Shown: piece by piece, positions 37,780-48,486 of the stretch
Layout: each line of letters starts with the position of its first letter
How positions within the stretch are numbered: the first letter of the stretch is position 1
IMG/VR virus record: IMGVR_UViG_3300028008_000005
Location: 32,001-96,000 of that record
Origin: a virus
Strand: one strand, 5' to 3'
Length of the DNA: 64,000 nucleotides
Program-made: the position numbers and the translations under genes
Notes under the pieces: generated by a model
Database searches by the model: none
What the model was told of the DNA's origin: nothing
What the model saw: only the letters and a program-made list of their open reading frames with translations

Positions 37780-38553
37780 ATGCTAAATTTCTTTAAATCG
37801 TTCCCATTAGTTCAGTATCAGTTTGATGAAGAATCAGACGAAAAGAACGTTATTATTGATATAAGTCGTAATGTTCGTGCATATCTAAGCGAGATGGATA
37901 ACGCAAATGCCTATCGCTACTTCGAGGTAAATGACGGGGCAAGACCCGATCAGGTATCAATGAAGCTATATGGTACTCCAGCATACTATTGGACATTCTT
38001 TGTAGTCAATGAGGATCTAAGCAATGGATTACATGAATGGCCTAAGTCTTCCCAGGAATTAGCTAACTTTGTCGATGAGACCTACTTCCGTACTGCTCTT
38101 ACCTTGGAATCTAAGCTTGGGGTATCAAGTAATTCACATCATCTATATAATTATCCTACTCTCGTAATAGGAGAGACTGTTAAGGGTCTTACATCAGATG
38201 CAACTGGTAAGATAGCAAAAATAAATTATTCTACAAACAGCCTTATACTTTCCAATGTTACTGGTACGTTTATAAACGAAGACTTTATTACTCTAACTTC
38301 TGAATTAGCATTTGCAAAGGGCGCACAATTTAACCATTTTATTACAAAGGAAAAGGATGCGCCACATCATTATGTAGACTCACAGGGAAGAGAAATAGAT
38401 CGTTTAAACTTTAACGTCTCTGATAACCAGTTACCTGTGACTAACTTTGAGCACGAGGTAGAGGTAAACGAAGCTAAGCTATCAATTAGGGTTATTAATC
38501 CTGCTGCTATAGATACTTTTGCCACTCGTTATCGCAAACTCATTAATTCTTAA
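37780..38553 (+). CDS. 53: baseplate wedge gp53
   Basis: RPDQVSMKLYG..YYWTFFVVN, WPKS. Confidence 0.85.
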   Translation: MLNFFKSFPLVQYQFDEESDEKNVIIDISRNVRAYLSEMDNANAYRYFEVNDGARPDQVSMKLYGTPAYYWTFFVVNEDLSNGLHEWPKSSQELANFVDETYFRTALTLESKLGVSSNSHHLYNYPTLVIGETVKGLTSDATGKIAKINYSTNSLILSNVTGTFINEDFITLTSELAFAKGAQFNHFITKEKDAPHHYVDSQGREIDRLNFNVSDNQLPVTNFEHEVEVNEAKLSIRVINPAAIDTFATRYRKLINS

Positions 38554-38562
38554 GAGTAGAAT

Positions 38563-39867
38563 ATGCCCCTCCAAAAAGGTTTACATCCTACAGATCTTTC
38601 TGCTATATCGCCTGATTCTTTTAGGCTAACAGTAACGATCGAGGGAGCAAACGGTAAAGAAAGAGACATATCACAGCTTGTTACATCAATGAGAGTATAT
38701 GAATCAATCTTTCAACAAACTCTTATGGCAGAATTTGATATATCAGACGGTATATCACTCTTTGAAGATTTAAACATATCAGGTAATGAAAAGATAGTAT
38801 CTGTTGTGCGTAAGCAGAATGATAAGAGTTCTCCCCCAATCGACATACAAAATGATTGGCATGTTCTTGATATACCTATATACGGTAAGCCTAAACCAGA
38901 TCTTGCTACATATCGTATAAGATGCATTACTCCCTTTGGACTAGTATCTAAGTTTCGCCGTATCTCTTCTCCTTTATCTGGTACCTCTATTGAGATAATA
39001 GAAGAACTATACAGACAAGTAGGGGTAACAATAGATAAGCAAGAGACACAGAGTCTAGGCACAATGAAGTTTATTCCGCCTAAGCTAACATATTCCGATG
39101 CTATATCAAATGTACTGCAGAAGAGTATGACTCCTAATGGTTCGCCACTCTTTACATATCAGACCTTTCATGACTCTGCATTTGTTTTAAACTCTTATAA
39201 TAAAATGATTACGTCTGACATAGTTGATAACTATTCCCAAGGTTATTTTTATACACAAGAGTCACAGACAGAAGGTTCATTTGAGGAAAAGAGACTACGT
39301 ATACTCGAATCAGCATCAAACATAGGCTTTTCTCCATATAAGTCTATGAAGAATGGATCATATGTTACGCGTACGCATAAGCTCGATATATCAAATAAGA
39401 CATATGAGCGAATAGATTTTAATGCCTATGAAGACAAGGTCCCACTTATAGATGGGGAGGAATCAGATCCAGTCTGGAATAGATCGTTTACAGTATCTGG
39501 TGTAGGTCCTACGACACTCAAAGAGACAAGTAATATCTTTATAAACCAGAACTCACTTGCCATGGCAGAGACTGGCGATATAAACTATCATCAATTCGGT
39601 GCATATAAAGAAGCAACAAAGAGATCAGTCTATTCTAATTTAGAACAGCTAGAGCATTCAATTAAACTATATGGTGATTCGCGATTAAAACCCGGATCTA
39701 TAATCAATTTAAACTTTCCTAAGACAGGACAGGTAGAAGGAGCAGGAAGACAGAACGATGAGTTTATGTCTGGACGCTATCTAATAGTGTCAAGCACACA
39801 TACCTTTAATAGTCTTGGTTACTTTACACAAGTGAAGGTACGTCGCGATTCGGTGCACAAACGATGA
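38563..39867 (+). CDS. baseplate hub protein (gp27-like)
   Basis: YESIF, SGNEKI, SGRYLI; lies between gp53 and gp5. Confidence 0.6.
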   Translation: MPLQKGLHPTDLSAISPDSFRLTVTIEGANGKERDISQLVTSMRVYESIFQQTLMAEFDISDGISLFEDLNISGNEKIVSVVRKQNDKSSPPIDIQNDWHVLDIPIYGKPKPDLATYRIRCITPFGLVSKFRRISSPLSGTSIEIIEELYRQVGVTIDKQETQSLGTMKFIPPKLTYSDAISNVLQKSMTPNGSPLFTYQTFHDSAFVLNSYNKMITSDIVDNYSQGYFYTQESQTEGSFEEKRLRILESASNIGFSPYKSMKNGSYVTRTHKLDISNKTYERIDFNAYEDKVPLIDGEESDPVWNRSFTVSGVGPTTLKETSNIFINQNSLAMAETGDINYHQFGAYKEATKRSVYSNLEQLEHSIKLYGDSRLKPGSIINLNFPKTGQVEGAGRQNDEFMSGRYLIVSSTHTFNSLGYFTQVKVRRDSVHKR

Positions 39868-41189
39868 ATAAATTTATGGATACAAAGTTTGTTTGGTTTC
39901 ATGGTGTTGTGGAAGACCGAGCAGATCCTCTCTATTTAAACAGAGTACGTATACGTGCCTTTGGTTATCATACTCCAAATAAGGAGTTACTGCCCACTGA
40001 AGACCTTCCATGGGCAACTATAATGATGCCTACAACTGATTCAGGCACATCTGGTGTCGGTCGCAGTCCCCATGGATTAGTTGAGGGATCGTGGATAGTT
40101 GGATTCTTCCGTGATGGCACAGACGCGCAAGACCCTATCGTTTTAGGTTCTATTGCAGCACTGAATACTACTGAAGCTGATACAACTATAGGCTTCTTTG
40201 ATCCTGCTGGTCTTTACCCTAAGAAGACAGATGATGTAGAGACAAACTATTTAAACGAGTCTGATGTTAATAAAGCTGCTCGTGGATTAGCTACACAGGC
40301 CAATTTAAATCAGGAGTCTATCCGAGTAGGTAAGGTAGCTAACTCAGATGCGAATACCGATCTAGGATATGTTGAATCTAAATCAAAGGCAGAACCGTTT
40401 GCATTAGAGGCAGAAGAGGACACCGATCCTGTTAACATATTTCAGTTTGACGAGCCGCCTTCACCATCTAAACCCCAATATCCGTTTAATAAGGTTACAG
40501 AGTCTGAGTCAGGACACGTATTCGAAGTAGATGATACTGCAGACTATCAGCGTATTAAGGAGCATCACCGATCTGGTACATTCTATGAGATACATCCAGA
40601 CGGATCACGTGTACTGAAGGTTGTTAAAGACAACTATGAAGTAACATTGGGTGATGAGTATGTAAATGTAAAAGGTACATCCCGTGTTACAGTCGAGGGT
40701 GACTGCAATCTCTTTGTTGTAGGTAACTGTAACACTGAGATACAAGGTAATAAGGAAGAGCACATATACGGTGACTCTACCCAGGTTATACATGGCTCAG
40801 AGTTTAAAACGGTTAAGAAGAACGTTATTGAGAAGATTGAAGGCTTTATGACTCTGGACATAACAGAATACTTAGCTCAGGGTATAGGCACTTACATGAC
40901 TCTTACTACTGGGGATTACTTTACACAGACAATAGCAAAAGATATGACTCTTGAAGTATCAGGAGCATTAACAGAGACTATATCTGGTGCACAATCAACA
41001 ACTGCATCTGGCAATACATCGATTAACAATAATGTTGCTATCTCTGGTCTACAAACTGTGGGTTCTACAATCAATGCTGGTGGTATTATTACATCTACAT
41101 CGGATGTTAAGACCGGTTCGATATCTCTTAAGGATCATAAGCATACTTCTAACCAACAGGGCACACCAACCTCTAAACCGATTGGCTAA
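39864..41189 (+). CDS. 5: baseplate central spike gp5 (no lysozyme domain)
   Basis: OB-fold WFHGVVEDRADP..RVRIR, ESESGHVFEVDD, beta-helix repeats, C-terminal HKH. Confidence 0.88.
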   Translation: MNKFMDTKFVWFHGVVEDRADPLYLNRVRIRAFGYHTPNKELLPTEDLPWATIMMPTTDSGTSGVGRSPHGLVEGSWIVGFFRDGTDAQDPIVLGSIAALNTTEADTTIGFFDPAGLYPKKTDDVETNYLNESDVNKAARGLATQANLNQESIRVGKVANSDANTDLGYVESKSKAEPFALEAEEDTDPVNIFQFDEPPSPSKPQYPFNKVTESESGHVFEVDDTADYQRIKEHHRSGTFYEIHPDGSRVLKVVKDNYEVTLGDEYVNVKGTSRVTVEGDCNLFVVGNCNTEIQGNKEEHIYGDSTQVIHGSEFKTVKKNVIEKIEGFMTLDITEYLAQGIGTYMTLTTGDYFTQTIAKDMTLEVSGALTETISGAQSTTASGNTSINNNVAISGLQTVGSTINAGGIITSTSDVKTGSISLKDHKHTSNQQGTPTSKPIG

Positions 41190-41207
41190 AGGACATAAAT
41201 AGATACT

Positions 41208-41651
41208 ATGAGTAATCAAATCCTATCAGATAAAAGTTTAGAACTTACACGAGCTTCAGTTGTTGCTCGTTCACGTGACTTCTCTGATCTTGATCTCCGA
41301 TTTAAACCCCATCCGAACCTGGGTGATCTGGTACCATTGCGAGACATAGCTGCTATTAAGAACTCTGTAAGAAATCTTATTCTTACAGGATATGGCGAAA
41401 GACCTTTTCAGCCATCCATTGGTTGTGCTATTACAGATCAGCTATTTGAAAACTTTACCCCAATTACAGTTGCAGCTATGCAGGAATCAATAAGTCGTAC
41501 TATTAGCTTTCATGAACCTCGAGTATCACTTGCAGGTATATCAATAAGTGATAAGTCTGACGAAAATGCTGTGTTTGTTTCTGTAAAAGTTTCTATAATA
41601 AACGTACCTGATCTAGTGGATATAGATATTTACTTAGAGAGAATTCGATAA
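41208..41651 (+). CDS. 25: baseplate wedge gp25
   Basis: DLDL, IKNSVRNLILT..GERPF, EPRV. Confidence 0.9.
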   Translation: MSNQILSDKSLELTRASVVARSRDFSDLDLRFKPHPNLGDLVPLRDIAAIKNSVRNLILTGYGERPFQPSIGCAITDQLFENFTPITVAAMQESISRTISFHEPRVSLAGISISDKSDENAVFVSVKVSIINVPDLVDIDIYLERIR

Positions 41652-43495
41652 TGGCGAACATTAAGAACGTAACTGAATTAGACTTTGATCAGATTAAGGT
41701 CAATCTAAAAGCTTATCTGCAAGGACAAGATAAGTTTGCTGACTATGATTTCGATGGATCAGGTATGGCAGTCTTACTTGATATCCTTGCATATAATACC
41801 CAATATAATGCTTTACTAGCTCACACTAATGCAAATGAGGCGTTCTTAGATACAGCACAGATGCGTGCGAATGTAGTATCTCATGCTAAAAGCCTAGGAT
41901 ATGTACCAGCTTCTTCAAAGTCATCTGAGGCTAAAATTGATGTTACCGTTATAGGCGCAGCGGGATCCAATACCTTTGCAACTATACCCCGAGGAACAGT
42001 ATTCTCTGGTCTAATTGGATCTAAGCAATTTACCTTTATAACTAACGAATCCTATATTACTTCTAAGAATATTTTAAATCGTTATGTATTTGAAAATGTT
42101 TCAATCTTTGAGGGTGAGATCGAAACGTTTACCTATCGTGTAAACGGACAAATAGAAAATCAGAAGTTTAAAATACCAACAAACAAAGTTGATACCTCTA
42201 CTCTTGTTGTTGCCGTACGGGATTCAGCTACATCTGAAACGTCTGAGATCTACACCCACTTTAACAACATCCTTGATGTAAAATCTGACTCTCGTGTGTA
42301 TTTCTTACAAGAGGGATATGGCGGTGAGTACGAAGTATACTTTGGAGATGGTATTATAGGTAGTAAGCCAACAACAGGTCAGGTAGTAGACATAGCTTAT
42401 ATTAAGACCAATGGTGCTGAAGCGAACGGTGCATCATCGTTTACTACTGACGCTACTATTGGGGGATTTTCTGGAGCAACAGCTGCTCTTTCGACAGGAT
42501 TTATTAAAACATTTTCTGGAGCAGATAAAGAAGATATAGATTCAATTAAGTTTAATGCACCTAAGGCCTTTCAGAGTCAGAATCGTGCAGTAACATCTAT
42601 TGACTATAACGCTATACTTAAGTTAGAATACGATTTTATTGAAGATATATCTGTATGGGGTGGTGAGGTAAACGATCCACCAACGTATGGTAAAGTGTTT
42701 ATATCAATTAAGCCTACAACCGGGGACTATTTATCGACTACTACTAAAAGTATAATAAATCGATTTCTCTCTACTAAAAACGTAGGATCAATTACAACTG
42801 AAATCGTTAACCCCGACTTCACCTATATTACAATGGAAGTGTTCTTTAAGTATGACGCAGATAATACAGCGAAATCTAAGGCTCAGTTAGAGCTAGCGGT
42901 TAAGGATGCTATAATAAATTATAACGATGTTAATCTAGAGAAATTTGACGGCGTGCTTCGATTCTCCAAGTTATTAAAAGCAATTGATAATGCTGATAAA
43001 GGCATTTTAAACTCTACAGTTCGTTTAAAGATGCACAAGCACGTTTCTCCTATAACTGGTGAGATACGCGACTATCCTATTAAATTCTCTTCTCCGATAT
43101 ATAGGACTTCAAGTACAGAACAAACGCTTTCTTCTTCGAAGTTTACTTATGCTGGACAAGAGTGTGAGCTATCTGATATAGCTTCTGATACATACCCAAA
43201 TAGAATCGTGCAGATACGTAATGCTTCAACAAAAACCATTGTAAATTCTGCAGCAGGAACAATCACACCTACTACTGGCATGGTTAATCTAACACAGATT
43301 CAAATAGATTCAGTAGCGACTCTACTCATTTTTGTAGATCCAGACTCAAATGATATAGCACCTAAGTTTAATCAGCTAGTATCGATTGAAAAAGACCAGA
43401 CTCCTGGCATTGTTATAACAGGCGAAGCAGATAGTATTGCTGCTCTCGGCTCAGTCGGCGCATCCTCATATACAACCTTTAGCAGACACGAATAA
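41651..43495 (+). CDS. 6: baseplate wedge gp6
   Basis: LDFDQIK, DYDFDGS, FGDG, QNRAVT..DY. Confidence 0.92.
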   Translation: MANIKNVTELDFDQIKVNLKAYLQGQDKFADYDFDGSGMAVLLDILAYNTQYNALLAHTNANEAFLDTAQMRANVVSHAKSLGYVPASSKSSEAKIDVTVIGAAGSNTFATIPRGTVFSGLIGSKQFTFITNESYITSKNILNRYVFENVSIFEGEIETFTYRVNGQIENQKFKIPTNKVDTSTLVVAVRDSATSETSEIYTHFNNILDVKSDSRVYFLQEGYGGEYEVYFGDGIIGSKPTTGQVVDIAYIKTNGAEANGASSFTTDATIGGFSGATAALSTGFIKTFSGADKEDIDSIKFNAPKAFQSQNRAVTSIDYNAILKLEYDFIEDISVWGGEVNDPPTYGKVFISIKPTTGDYLSTTTKSIINRFLSTKNVGSITTEIVNPDFTYITMEVFFKYDADNTAKSKAQLELAVKDAIINYNDVNLEKFDGVLRFSKLLKAIDNADKGILNSTVRLKMHKHVSPITGEIRDYPIKFSSPIYRTSSTEQTLSSSKFTYAGQECELSDIASDTYPNRIVQIRNASTKTIVNSAAGTITPTTGMVNLTQIQIDSVATLLIFVDPDSNDIAPKFNQLVSIEKDQTPGIVITGEADSIAALGSVGASSYTTFSRHE

Positions 43496-46392
43496 TGACT
43501 ATAAGATCTAATATAGAATCGAGTAAACTCGAATCGTTAATCCCGCGTCAGTTAATAGCTGATGCAGGAGGACTAATTGAGTTTATAAAAGAATATTATA
43601 GATTTATGCACGAGGAGCAAGGACCTTCCTATGTAATAAACAACATTCTTGCAAATAAAGATGTTGATACAGTTGTAGATACCTTTATATCTTTGGTAGA
43701 AAAAGAAATTGGAGCTGGATTTACTACTAATCTAGCAGCCAATAAGACTAATCTCTATAAAAATATAGTTCAGTTTTATCAGGCAAAAGGTTCTGAAGAA
43801 TCATTTAAACTTCTTTTTCGACTTCTATATGATACAGATATTGATATATCGTTTCCTAAAGAAAAAATCCTTGTAGCTTCAGACGGGCGTTGGATCCAGC
43901 AGAATTCAATCTTTATTGAGGTTACAGAAGGTGATCCATTTGACCTTTTTGCTAACATTACAGATGTAACCACAACTGATAGGGTTGTTAAGGTTGAAGT
44001 AGAAAGAATACGGCGTGTCGAAGAAACTGCTTTTTATGAGATCTTTATAACAAAGGATAATAACACTCGGCGAGTTACTACTGGAGCAACGATAGATCAG
44101 TATGGTGTTAAGGCTACTGTTGTCGAGTCCTTAAACAAGTATGAGATCTATCATCCAGGTACAGGCTTTGGAATTGCACAGTTTGTCGACGTTACACAAT
44201 CTCAAGATTTAGAATATAATTCCGGCGATTTAATCGCTATAACCTCTATACCTTCTGCTACCTTTATAGGAAAAAACGTAACGGTTGCTACAGGTACTAA
44301 CGCCTATGGTACAGGAAATAAGTTTTATATTGACGGATTATCAGGTGCAAGCCCTGACCTAGATTTGGTGGAAGAAAGAACCTATAGACTCGATCAATCA
44401 GATTCAAGTAATTCATTCCATCCAATTAAATTTTCAGAGACGGCAAACGGTACCCACGGTACCGGAACAGAGTATACTACGGGTGTAACATATGTAGGAA
44501 CACCCGGTACAGCAGGAGCATATACACAAATTGTTCTTACTGCAAATACTCCTGCCCTATATTACTATTGTGCTAATCACTCTGGTATGGGAGGTACTGC
44601 AAATACAATTGCTGGAGCTACTGAGAACTTCTTTCAGAAAGAACTTACAGTAAACGGCATTCGACTCGTATCAGCTGGCGCTGTTGGCGGTCAGGATTCT
44701 GTACCAGACGAATGGGTTAAGAAGACAGCAAGAGTTATTGAGCTACTGACAGATCCGACAGGTGCTGGTATTAATGAGGCTGATCAAAGAAACTTAATTA
44801 AAACCCTTTCAGGCGATTCTGGCACACTTACACACCCGGGAGTTCCAACACTACAAAGAATTGCATATGGTGGTGGATCAGAGTATACCCCAGCTTTCTT
44901 AACTGATGCTGGTACTGAATATTGGAACCTAAATGGTTTATATGATACCCATGTCCAAGATGATATGGTATGGTATAAGAATGTTTCAGGACCAGATCCC
45001 TCAACAAGTGATCGAGACATTGAAGAAATTATGGAGCACGTGTTCCATACTATTCATAACTTTGGTATTCCAGGTGCAGTGGCTGCTTCACAGGCTGAAG
45101 TACCAATGGCTTATCTGACGACACTCCTTCAACAGAGTCCTGCTTTCGATTGGCAAAACACAGCTCTTCACCTTGCTATGAAGGAGGTAATCGACGCAGG
45201 CTTATTTGATCCCTCCGGCTATGCTGTAGATTGGGACACAGATCCAGAAGCAGCAGTTGTAGCATATAAGGAATATGCGTATCTTCTTAACTGGTCAATG
45301 TGGGACATGAAAGAGTTCTGGGAGAACGAATCTCTAGCCCCAGAGTGGAGCGATACACTCAGAACACCTGCATTTATGCTGGCAAACAACCCTTTAGGTT
45401 ATGCCTTATTCAATACCTACTTTGCCCCAGTATTAAGCAAGCCAGACTTTGCTGTATTAAAAAATATTTTTCAAGCAAATGATGCTGGTGAATCAGGATA
45501 TAACGCTAACGACATATCAGATGGGGATGGCGTTAAGTTTAAAGTAACTAAGGTAGATGCTGGAACAGGTGCTCTAGAAGAAATTAAATTTATAAACTTT
45601 GGTGTAGGATACTCTTCGGAGTTCTATGCTATGATCATTCCTCGATCAGAAATAGTTGGCGGGGTTGATCTTATTATATCACAAAACCCTGCAGGGGATA
45701 AGATTACATATCCATCACGAGCAATTATAAAATTCTCTGAGTCAGTTCTTGCAGAGTATCGTGGGGAATATTCTACAAATAATGGTTTTTTATCTGACGA
45801 TATATATCTACAAGACAACTTCTTTTATCAGCAGTTCTCTTACCTTATTCGATCATCCCAGCAGTTTGATAACTACAAGGATATTGTTAATAAGACAGTT
45901 CACCCAGCTGGCATGGCTATGTTTGGTGAGTTCGAGATTAATAACTCTTTTGATATGTCTCGTGCGTTCGAGCTCTTACGTCGTTACTTCACTAACCGTG
46001 AAGAAGATGTTATCGATACAATTGATCTAAATTTTTGGACACTGTATAAGCCACGTGAAGATGTAGCCTATGCTTCAACTACTGATTGGTTCTACGATTT
46101 CTATAAGAATGTTTCAGAGATTGTAAACGTTCCAGATCCAGAATATAAAGACTTCTTTAAAGTTCTTGGAGATACAGCACTTAGTACCGATGAATTAACA
46201 TACGCAATTACTAAGATGAAGGAGCTGGTAGAGAATTTAGCTATATCAGAACTTGCTATAGTTAGTTACGCAAAACCGCTTACAGAAGTCATAAATAGTA
46301 ATGATTCAGGCGTTATAGAGATATTAGGTGATATCTACGCCGAAGATTATTTTGCTGAAGATTATTCCGAAGGATTAACTTCATTTACCTAG
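43495..46392 (+). CDS. baseplate wedge gp7-like protein with inserted domains
   Basis: FYQAKGSEESFKLLFRLLY and LQDNFFYQQFSY...VHPAG flank about 430 aa of inserted sequence. Confidence 0.75.
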   Translation: MTIRSNIESSKLESLIPRQLIADAGGLIEFIKEYYRFMHEEQGPSYVINNILANKDVDTVVDTFISLVEKEIGAGFTTNLAANKTNLYKNIVQFYQAKGSEESFKLLFRLLYDTDIDISFPKEKILVASDGRWIQQNSIFIEVTEGDPFDLFANITDVTTTDRVVKVEVERIRRVEETAFYEIFITKDNNTRRVTTGATIDQYGVKATVVESLNKYEIYHPGTGFGIAQFVDVTQSQDLEYNSGDLIAITSIPSATFIGKNVTVATGTNAYGTGNKFYIDGLSGASPDLDLVEERTYRLDQSDSSNSFHPIKFSETANGTHGTGTEYTTGVTYVGTPGTAGAYTQIVLTANTPALYYYCANHSGMGGTANTIAGATENFFQKELTVNGIRLVSAGAVGGQDSVPDEWVKKTARVIELLTDPTGAGINEADQRNLIKTLSGDSGTLTHPGVPTLQRIAYGGGSEYTPAFLTDAGTEYWNLNGLYDTHVQDDMVWYKNVSGPDPSTSDRDIEEIMEHVFHTIHNFGIPGAVAASQAEVPMAYLTTLLQQSPAFDWQNTALHLAMKEVIDAGLFDPSGYAVDWDTDPEAAVVAYKEYAYLLNWSMWDMKEFWENESLAPEWSDTLRTPAFMLANNPLGYALFNTYFAPVLSKPDFAVLKNIFQANDAGESGYNANDISDGDGVKFKVTKVDAGTGALEEIKFINFGVGYSSEFYAMIIPRSEIVGGVDLIISQNPAGDKITYPSRAIIKFSESVLAEYRGEYSTNNGFLSDDIYLQDNFFYQQFSYLIRSSQQFDNYKDIVNKTVHPAGMAMFGEFEINNSFDMSRAFELLRRYFTNREEDVIDTIDLNFWTLYKPREDVAYASTTDWFYDFYKNVSEIVNVPDPEYKDFFKVLGDTALSTDELTYAITKMKELVENLAISELAIVSYAKPLTEVINSNDSGVIEILGDIYAEDYFAEDYSEGLTSFT

Positions 46393-46404
46393 GAGAAGAA
46401 AAAA

Positions 46405-46860
46405 ATGCCATTAATGAACGAGCAAGTTAGCCCCAAGGGTCAAGTCTCAATTGAGATATTTAGCCCAGACGGCAAGCTTAAGGATAAGGTAAACATTCCA
46501 AACCTAGTCGTACAGACTGGTAGGAACTATATTGCCTCGCGTATGAACGATACAGCACAGACTGACGTAATGACTCATATGGCAGTTGGTTCTGGTTCAA
46601 CTGCAGCTACATTAAGTGACACAGTTCTAGGAACTGAGCTTACTCGTGTTGTTCTTGATTCAGATAATACTGTTGATAACGTTATTACCTATATTGCTAC
46701 CTATGCTCCTGGAGTTGGTACTGGTGCGATCACTGAAGCTGGTATCTTTAATGATGCTGCAGCGAACACAGGTGATCTACTTTGTCGAACGACTTTCCTT
46801 GTCGTAAATAAAGCAGTAGATGACTCTATGGTTATCACTTGGACAATTACAATATCTTAA
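46405..46860 (+). CDS. putative baseplate/tail structural protein
   Basis: NLVV, HMAVGSG, ITEAGIFN, ITWTIT. Confidence 0.65.
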   Translation: MPLMNEQVSPKGQVSIEIFSPDGKLKDKVNIPNLVVQTGRNYIASRMNDTAQTDVMTHMAVGSGSTAATLSDTVLGTELTRVVLDSDNTVDNVITYIATYAPGVGTGAITEAGIFNDAAANTGDLLCRTTFLVVNKAVDDSMVITWTITIS

Positions 46861-46878
46861 TAGAATAGAGACTACCTT

Positions 46879-48444
46879 ATGTCTGCTGTAATTAGACCTA
46901 ACTTTCATCATACGATGGCTGAATCGATTTACGATAAGATTCAGAATAGATCGGCGAACTATCATTACTACCTTGGTAAGGTTTTACCATGGCAGTTTGA
47001 AGGAGCTATTGCAGATGCACCTAATCCATCCAATAATATGGATGAAGAGAACGATTCCCGTAATAATATGATCGGGATTAAGCAAATAAACATTAATGAC
47101 GTATCTTTTATTACTCGTCGAATTGATTGGTCTTCAAGGGTATTTGATGCCTACGATGATTTAGATACTGTTATGGTAGAAGAAGATTTCTACGTATTAA
47201 CAGAGGATTTTAATGTTTATAAGTGCATAGAAAATAACAAGGGTGCTGTATCCACGGTTAAGCCAACTGGTTTTGATGTTGGTTATACCTCTACAGCTGA
47301 TGGATATATTTGGAAGTTTATGTACTTTATGCCGCTTGCATTGCGAAATAAGTTCTTAACACCTAACTATATGCCAGTGATTAAGAAAGTTAAAAACCAG
47401 TACTACTCAGCTGGAGTTATTGAAAACTACGTTCTAAACGACTCTGGCCAAGACTATGATCCTGATGAGACATATGCAGTTATTCAGGGTGATGGTGCAG
47501 ACGGAGCAGCATCTCTTACAATAGAGAATGGCCAGATTACTGCAGTCACAATTGATAATCCTGGTACAGGTTATACTATTGCTTATCTAACTGTAACAAA
47601 AGGTGCACTCGATCCAGGTACTGGTGCTGATATTGATCTAGTCCTTTCTTCTCCGGGAGATCTAGATTCTCAGCAAGCAGATGTTGAAACCCTTACAGTA
47701 GATGGCGACATATCACAGATTGTTGTTACAAGATCAGATAATTCTTTTACAAGCGTGCCAGCTGTGACTATTACGGGTGATGGCACAGGAGCAACAGCAA
47801 CAGCAACACTAGATGTAAATGGCGCAGTTTCTCAGATTATTCTAAATAATAGGGGATCAGGATATACCTATGCGGATATATCAATAGCAGCGGAATTAGA
47901 TGGTCTTAGAAGTGCTACAGCTCGTGCGGTTATATCACCCCAATATGGGCATGGATTTAACGCTCCTCGTGAGTTAATCGCTGATACGCTTTGCTTCCAT
48001 ACTTCTTTCGAAAATGAATTAAATCAAGGTGTGTTAGTAAATAATCAATATAGACAGTTTGGGATTATTAAAGACGTCGAGATCTTTGATGCTAAGAGGT
48101 ATTATATTACTGATTCTGGATCAGCATGCTATCTCGTAGAAGGGACATTGGTTGGTGATTCGTTTCCAGAGGATCAGCTTGTAGCTACAGCGGGTAGTGT
48201 TAAGATATTAAGAACTGTAACAAGCGAAGATAATAAATTACTTGCTCAGTCTCTTGATGGAACAATACCGGCAATTGGTGATATCTTTTTTAATGCTGCA
48301 GAGACTGCTTACTTTACAGTTACAGCAGTTACTAATCCTCAAATAAACAAAAAGACTGGCGAAATACTGTTTATTGATAATAGACTAGCATTTACATCTT
48401 CTGAGGAACAAACTGTAACATTCAGATCATTCATCAAATTTTAA
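46879..48444 (+). CDS. baseplate wedge gp8-like protein
   Basis: FYVLTEDFNVYKCIENN, DGYIWKFMY, GHGFN, YRQFGII. Confidence 0.8.
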   Translation: MSAVIRPNFHHTMAESIYDKIQNRSANYHYYLGKVLPWQFEGAIADAPNPSNNMDEENDSRNNMIGIKQININDVSFITRRIDWSSRVFDAYDDLDTVMVEEDFYVLTEDFNVYKCIENNKGAVSTVKPTGFDVGYTSTADGYIWKFMYFMPLALRNKFLTPNYMPVIKKVKNQYYSAGVIENYVLNDSGQDYDPDETYAVIQGDGADGAASLTIENGQITAVTIDNPGTGYTIAYLTVTKGALDPGTGADIDLVLSSPGDLDSQQADVETLTVDGDISQIVVTRSDNSFTSVPAVTITGDGTGATATATLDVNGAVSQIILNNRGSGYTYADISIAAELDGLRSATARAVISPQYGHGFNAPRELIADTLCFHTSFENELNQGVLVNNQYRQFGIIKDVEIFDAKRYYITDSGSACYLVEGTLVGDSFPEDQLVATAGSVKILRTVTSEDNKLLAQSLDGTIPAIGDIFFNAAETAYFTVTAVTNPQINKKTGEILFIDNRLAFTSSEEQTVTFRSFIKF

Positions 48445-48486
48445 TTATAAATATTTGGTATAAGACTTAATTTTAGGAATAAGTTA

